A DNA stretch of 24,000 nucleotides from an uncultured Neisseria sp. (GTDB lineage: Bacteria; Pseudomonadota; Gammaproteobacteria; Burkholderiales; Neisseriaceae), in assembly GCA_963533245.1 (NCBI GenBank), contig CAUSOO010000018.1, positions 7,129 through 31,128 of the forward strand. Reading direction: 5' to 3'. Below are positions 19,488-24,000 of the stretch, in pieces; within the stretch, counting starts at the first letter, position 1, and the number at the start of each line of letters is the position of its first letter. The position numbers and the translations under genes are program-made. Under the pieces are notes generated by a model. That model saw only the letters and a list, made by a program, of their open reading frames with translations. It had not been told where the DNA came from and made no database searches.

Positions 19488-21017
19488 ATGCCCGATTTCC
19501 TCCCCGTCCCGCCAGCCGAACTGTGGCAGGCGACGCTTGAACACCTCCGCCTCTCCCTGATTGCCCTGCTTTGCGCCGTCGCGCTTGCCGTGCCGCTCGC
19601 CGTGTGGCTGGCGGACAAACGGCGTTGGGCGGAAGGTGTTTTGCAGGTAACCAATATCCTGCAAACTATCCCGTCCCTCGCGCTGCTCGGCTTGCTGATT
19701 CCCTTTGTCGGCATCGGTTCACCGCCGGTTTTGATTGCGCTGACGCTCTACGCCCTGTTGCCGATTTTTCAGAACACCTATCTCGGTTTGAGCCAAATCG
19801 ATCCCGCCATCAAAGAAGCGCACACCGCGTTCGGCTTGTCCCGTTGGCAGGCGTTGTGGCGCATTGAATTGCCGATGGCGCTGCCCGCCATGATTTCCGG
19901 CATCCGCACCGCGTCCGTATTGATTATCGGCACGGCGACACTCGCCGCGCTCATCGGCGCAGGCGGCTTGGGCAATCTGATTTTGCTCGGCATCGACCGC
20001 AACAACATGGCGATGACGTTTACCGGCGCGCTGCTGTCCGCCCTGCTCGCCGTACTGGTCAGCGGCGGCATCGGCATACTGCAAAAGTCCAAACACAAAA
20101 TGCCGATTACCGCCGCCCTGCTTGCCATCCTTATCGCCATCGGTTTGGCACCGATTTTTCAAACGAACCCATCCGCACAAAAAATCACCATCGCAGGCAA
20201 GCTCGGCAGCGAACCCGACATCCTCATCAATATGTACAAACAGTTGATTGAAGAAAATAATCCGCGCGCGCAGGTGGCGCTCAAACCCAATTTCGGCAAA
20301 ACTTCATTCCTGTTCAACGCATTAAACAGCGGCGAAATCGACATCTACCCCGAATTTACCGGCACCGTCCTTGAAAGTCTGGTCAAAGTTCCTGCCGAAC
20401 AGCAAAACCGCCGCCTTTCGCCCGAACAGACCTACCTAACCGCCAAAGACCTGCTTGCCCGGCAACAGCGGCTGACCTTTCTGCCGCCGATGGCATACCA
20501 AAACACCTACGCCCTCGCCGTCAGCCAGGACTACGCCGCCGCGCACAATCTGCACAAAATATCCGACCTCAAACGCGTGCAAAACCAAATCCGCGCCGGC
20601 TTTACCCTCGAATTTACCGACCGCGCCGACGGCTACAAAGGTTTGCAACAACACGGCATACAGTTTAGCCACCTCTCGACGCTCGAACCCGCCCTGCGCT
20701 ACACCGCCCTCCTGAACGGCAAAATCGACCTCGTCGAGGCCTATTCCACCGACAGCGACCTCAAACAATACCGCCTCGCCGTCCTTTCAGACAACATCGC
20801 CCTTTTTCCCTCTTACCAAGGCGCGCCGCTGATGAAAACCGAGTTTGCCGAACAGCATCCCGACATCGTGAACGCATTGAACAAACTGGCAGGCAAAATC
20901 AGCGAAGCCGAAATGACCGAAATGAACTACCGCGTGAAAGTGGGCGGAGAAAAACCGGCGGACGTGGCGCGGGATTATTTGCAGAAAAACGGTTTGATTA
21001 ACGATAAGGGCAAATGA
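19488..21017 (+). CDS. Osmoprotectant (glycine betaine/choline-type) ABC transporter, fused permease and substrate-binding protein
   Basis: The N-terminal half has about 5-6 TM helices with a permease EAA-like motif (EAHTAFGLSRWQALWRIELPMALP). The C-terminal half resembles OpuBC/OpuCC-type binding proteins (IDIYPEFTGT, LEFTDRADGY, YQGAPLM). I chose the ATG at 19488. Confidence 0.85.
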   Translation: MPDFLPVPPAELWQATLEHLRLSLIALLCAVALAVPLAVWLADKRRWAEGVLQVTNILQTIPSLALLGLLIPFVGIGSPPVLIALTLYALLPIFQNTYLGLSQIDPAIKEAHTAFGLSRWQALWRIELPMALPAMISGIRTASVLIIGTATLAALIGAGGLGNLILLGIDRNNMAMTFTGALLSALLAVLVSGGIGILQKSKHKMPITAALLAILIAIGLAPIFQTNPSAQKITIAGKLGSEPDILINMYKQLIEENNPRAQVALKPNFGKTSFLFNALNSGEIDIYPEFTGTVLESLVKVPAEQQNRRLSPEQTYLTAKDLLARQQRLTFLPPMAYQNTYALAVSQDYAAAHNLHKISDLKRVQNQIRAGFTLEFTDRADGYKGLQQHGIQFSHLSTLEPALRYTALLNGKIDLVEAYSTDSDLKQYRLAVLSDNIALFPSYQGAPLMKTEFAEQHPDIVNALNKLAGKISEAEMTEMNYRVKVGGEKPADVARDYLQKNGLINDKGK

Positions 21018-21020
21018 TTC

Positions 21021-21073
21021 AGGTCGTCTGAAAAACGGTTTTCATTTTATTGAAGCGGGTTTTCAGACGACCT
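21021..21073 (+). terminator. Inverted DUS pair hairpin after the ABC gene
   Basis: AGGTCGTCTGAAAA (21021-21034) pairs with TTTTCAGACGACCT (21060-21073). No T-tract follows. Confidence 0.45.
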
Positions 21074-21144
21074 CCAAGTTGCAACAAGCCGTTGATTAGA
21101 CTATAGTGGATCCTCGATCAACACAAACATCAAGGAAATAAGCC

Positions 21145-21393
21145 ATGAGCGGTAAATTAGACCAAATCAGCGGTAATGTAAAAGAGAAAGCCGGAGAACT
21201 CTTAGACGATCCCAAACTCCAAGCAGAAGGCGTGATCCAACAAGGCATCGGCAAAGTCAAAGAAGTTGCCGCCGACATTGAGGAAAAAGCAAGCGACGTA
21301 TTGAAAAAAGGCAAAGAAGAAGCAGGACATTTGGTTGACGAGGCAAAAGAAAAAGCCGAAAACCTGATTGACGACATCAAAAGCAAGTTCTAA
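21145..21393 (+). CDS. CsbD-family stress-response protein
   Basis: 82 aa. GKLDQISGNVKEKAGELLDDPKLQAEGVIQQGIGKVKE matches the CsbD repeat pattern. AAGGAAATAAGCC precedes the ATG. Confidence 0.8.
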   Translation: MSGKLDQISGNVKEKAGELLDDPKLQAEGVIQQGIGKVKEVAADIEEKASDVLKKGKEEAGHLVDEAKEKAENLIDDIKSKF

Positions 21394-21417
21394 TCCATCC
21401 TTGTCTTAAACTATGTC

Positions 21418-21453
21418 AAAAGGCCGTTTGAAACACGATTTCAGACGGCCTTT
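21418..21453 (+). terminator. Terminator hairpin built from an AGGCCGTCTGAA-type DUS and a degenerate partner
   Basis: AAAAGGCCGTTTGAAA ... TTTCAGACGGCCTTT (one G-U position) followed by ATTT. Confidence 0.6.
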
Positions 21454-21561
21454 ATTTCAATCAACAGAGCAACGGCGCAGCCACCTTAAAATCGCCTGTT
21501 CACCACAATCAAGCTTTCAGACGACCCCGCCGGATAAATCGGATAGATGCACCCAATGTTT

Positions 21562-21718
21562 TATAGTGGATTAACTTTAAACCAGTACGGCGTTGCCTCG
21601 CCTTAGCTCAAAGAGAACGATTCTCTAAGGTGCTGAAGCACCAAGTGAATCGGTTCCGTACTATCTGTACTGTCTGCGGCTTCGTCGCCTTGTCCTGATT
21701 TAAATTTAATCCACTATA
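21562..21718. mobile_element. Correia repeat-enclosed element, full-length 157 bp
   Basis: It differs from the copy at 2755..2911 at one position (TAAATTTAAT versus TAAAGTTAAT), by my reading. Confidence 0.93.
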
Positions 21719-21779
21719 ACAGCCTTGTCGAATCCCGACTCGAGATACGCATCGCTCAACCCTCAACAGGAGAAGCACC

Positions 21780-22529
21780 ATGCCTTCCGCCAAGCTCATC
21801 CAAAAACTCAAACCCGCCTTACAAAACCCGCTTCCGCCCGAACAAGACGGCATCTTGTTGTGCCTCGACTCCGACAACGTAACGGGCGACAACGCCAAAT
21901 ACATGAACATGTACAACCGCCTCGCCCGTTGGTACGATTTCGGCGAACGCTGGATAGCCCGCCTCAAATACGGCAACAGCATCAACAAAATGCGGCGCAG
22001 CCTGATGGGCGAACTGGAATGGCGGCAGGATTGTACCGCGCTCTACGTCTCCATCGGCACAGGTACCGATTTAAACCACCTGCCCGCCGACATCGACCCC
22101 GCCGCGCTGGATTTAACCGGCGCCGACCTGTCGCTCGGCATGTTGGAACGCTGCCGCAACGTATGGCGGAAAAAAGCGGCAGGCTTGGATTTGGTACACT
22201 GCAACGCCGAAGACTTACCCTTTGCCGACAATATGTTCGACGTCGTATTCCATGTGGGCGGCATCAATTTTTTCAGCGACAAGCAAAGAGCCATCAACGA
22301 AATGCTGCGCGTCGCCAAGCCCGGCACCAAAATCATGATCGCAGACGAAACCACCGACTTCATCCAACAACAATACAAAAAAAGCCTATTCACGCGGAGC
22401 TACTTCCAAGACACCGATTTCGACCTGACACAAATCGAAAACTGCATTCCCGAAACCGTTCAGGAAAAGAAAACGCGGCTGCTTTGGGACAACCGCTTTT
22501 ACTGCATCACCTTCCGCAAACCTGTTTGA
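21780..22529 (+). CDS. Class I SAM-dependent methyltransferase (Methyltransf_11-like), substrate unknown
   Basis: Motif I-like YVSIGTGTD, an acidic post-I residue in LTGADLS, then [14 protein letters not shown] and [13 protein letters not shown]. The RBS AGGAGA lies 7 nt upstream. Confidence 0.8.
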
Positions 22530-22534
22530 AATAT

Positions 22535-22574
22535 TTTTCAGACGACCTCGAAATCTGAAAAGGTCGTCTGAAAA
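22535..22574 (+). terminator. Inverted DUS pair hairpin after the methyltransferase gene
   Basis: TTTTCAGACGACCT (22535-22548) pairs with AGGTCGTCTGAAAA (22561-22574). There is no clear U-tract. Confidence 0.45.
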
Positions 22575-22580
22575 CACATT

Positions 22581-22687
22581 TATAGTGGATTAAATTTAAA
22601 TCAGGACAAGGCGACGAAGCCGCAGACAGTACAGATAGTACGGCAAGGCGAGGCAACGCCGTACTGGTTTAAAGTTAATCCACTATA
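22581..22687. mobile_element. Correia element, short 107 bp form, inverted relative to the 21562 copy
   Basis: Both terminal inverted repeats are present. Compared with the reverse complement of the 157-bp copy it lacks about 50 internal nt, as in the known short class. Confidence 0.9.
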
Positions 22688-22841
22688 TAAACTCAAACAT
22701 CATAATATCCATACCCAATACGGCTCATGCTGAAATCCGATACTCCGGACAAATTTAGCGTCTTTATTATGATTCAACCTAAGCTGCGCCTACCGATTTG
22801 AATCGGCTATACTACCGCCTTTCCTTAAAACACACATCGTC

Positions 22842-23783
22842 ATGAGTACCAAAAAATTTCCCGTCCCCCTCAGCTATTTCAGCATGCCGTTGGGGCTTTT
22901 CGCGCTCGGTTTGTCGTGGCGTTACGGCGCGCATATCGGGCTTTTGCCGAATTGGGCTGCGGAAACGCTGTTAGCCGCCGCCTTCGTGCTTTGGCTGCTG
23001 CTGGTCATTGCCTACATCATCAAAATCCGTTTTTTCCGCCCCGAATTTTTGCAGGATTTGCAGGATTTGGTGCAATGCTGTTTCATCAGCGCGATTCCGA
23101 TTACCACGATGCTGGCAGGTTTGGCGGCACTACCCTACCAAACGCTACCGGCAAAAGGGTTGATTTTACTGGGAACGGCAGGACAGTTGGCATTTGCCAT
23201 GTACCGCGCAGGCGGCTTGTGGCGCGGTGTCCATACCCTTGATGCCACCACGCCGATTGTGTACCTGCCCACCGTTGCCACCAATTTTGTCAGCGCGACC
23301 GCAATGGCGGCATTGGGTTGGTCGGATTACGCCTGGCTGTTTTTGGGCGCGGGTCTGTTTTCATGGCTTAGCTTGGAAGCCGCCATATTGAGCCGTTTGC
23401 GTACCGGCACACCCGTCAATGCCCCTGTACGCGGTATTGTCGGCATTCAGCTTGCGCCCGCTTTTGTCGGCAGCGGCGCTTATTTTGCCGTATCGGGCGG
23501 ACACATCGATGCCTTCGCGCTGCTTTTAATCGGCTACGGCTGCCTGCAATTCCTGTTGCTGCTACGCCTTCTGCCTTGGATGCTGGAACAGGGGTTCAGC
23601 CCCAGCTTTTGGGGTTTCTCGTTCGGTTTGGCGGCAATGACGGGCTGCGGTTTTCATTTGATTGCCGAACAGCGTTTACTGTTTTTAGGCTATTTCCTCG
23701 CCACCACAGGCTCCGGCTTGGTGATGTTACTGTTGCTGGCTACTTTGAATTTGGCGAGACAGGGACGGTTGTTGATGAAATGA
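22842..23783 (+). CDS. tehA: TehA/TDT-family (SLAC1-like) anion channel / tellurite-resistance protein
   Basis: 313 aa with about 10 TM helices. It aligns with E. coli TehA as I recall it (GLFALGLSWRY, AGGLWRG, TTPIVYLPTVATNF, GIQLAPAFV, FWGFSFG). Confidence 0.9.
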   Translation: MSTKKFPVPLSYFSMPLGLFALGLSWRYGAHIGLLPNWAAETLLAAAFVLWLLLVIAYIIKIRFFRPEFLQDLQDLVQCCFISAIPITTMLAGLAALPYQTLPAKGLILLGTAGQLAFAMYRAGGLWRGVHTLDATTPIVYLPTVATNFVSATAMAALGWSDYAWLFLGAGLFSWLSLEAAILSRLRTGTPVNAPVRGIVGIQLAPAFVGSGAYFAVSGGHIDAFALLLIGYGCLQFLLLLRLLPWMLEQGFSPSFWGFSFGLAAMTGCGFHLIAEQRLLFLGYFLATTGSGLVMLLLLATLNLARQGRLLMK

Positions 23784-23826
23784 AAAATCGTGCGGCTTAA
23801 AGGCGTGATAAAACGGACATGGTCTC

Positions 23827-23838
23827 AGGTCGTCTGAA
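23827..23838 (+). repeat. DUS (AGGTCGTCTGAA)
   Basis: Exact 12-mer after tehA. Confidence 0.9.
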
Positions 23839-23862
23839 AACTATATTTGGAAATTCAAACCG

Positions 23863-24000
23863 ATGAAGATAAACCCTGAAAACGGCAGCATTACCCTACC
23901 GGACAGCAACATGATTAGCGCACGCACCACGCTTGATGACTGGATTGCATCCTTCCCAAAATCCAGCCCGAATCATCTGCAAGCGGGAATAACATTTTTC
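23863..24000 (+). CDS. 5' end of an unidentified ORF that runs off the window
   Basis: The ATG at 23863 opens a frame with no stop to the window edge (MKINPENGSITLPDSNMISARTTLDDWIASFPKSSPNHLQAGITFF). I recognise no family and the RBS is weak. Confidence 0.3.
   Translation, partial: MKINPENGSITLPDSNMISARTTLDDWIASFPKSSPNHLQAGITFF

Noticed and set aside
21725-22558. A 277-aa ORF overlapping the SAM-methyltransferase gene in another plus-strand frame.
   Set aside because: The product is extremely Arg/Pro/Gln-rich with no motifs, and it starts inside or next to the Correia element. The 21780 frame has clear methyltransferase motifs and a good RBS.
22798-22813. TTGAAT and TATACT hexamers upstream of tehA, and GGCTATACT upstream of the ABC gene (about 19447..19455), as possible promoters.
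   Set aside because: The spacing between the tehA hexamers is only 4 nt. The ABC-gene -10-like element has no suitably spaced -35. Neither is supportable as a promoter call.

Overview
This window is chromosomal DNA from a Neisseria species. It carries more than 20 copies of the DNA uptake sequence, mostly in the AGGTCGTCTGAA form. From memory, that form is the dialect described for the N. mucosa/sicca/macacae group. There are also three Correia repeat-enclosed elements. The backbone is housekeeping. On the minus strand the conserved cluster runs tRNA-Val, thrS, infC, rpmI, rplT, pheS, pheT, ihfA and a small MerR-like gene. On the plus strand are gabD, tgt, prmB, argS, a fused permease/substrate-binding ABC protein, a CsbD-family protein, a SAM-dependent methyltransferase, tehA and a few poorly characterised genes. 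The most interesting feature is an AT-rich cassette of about 2.6 kb wedged between pheS and pheT (6131..8744). It encodes an unrecognisable putative restriction endonuclease. Divergent from it is a cytosine-5 DNA methyltransferase with an N-terminal extension resembling a ribbon-helix-helix domain. The third gene is a Vsr-type mismatch endonuclease that lacks the cysteines expected for zinc binding. The cassette breaks the normal pheS-pheT coupling and probably ties transcription of the essential pheT gene to the endonuclease gene. Other observations:
- Inverted uptake-sequence pairs serve as terminator hairpins after most genes.
- A methyltransferase gene is bracketed by inverted Correia elements.
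- infC starts at a non-AUG codon.
- A terminator-like hairpin sits between tRNA-Val and thrS.
- Several intergenic palindromes and repeats may be regulatory.

No CRISPR array, rRNA gene or transposase gene was seen.
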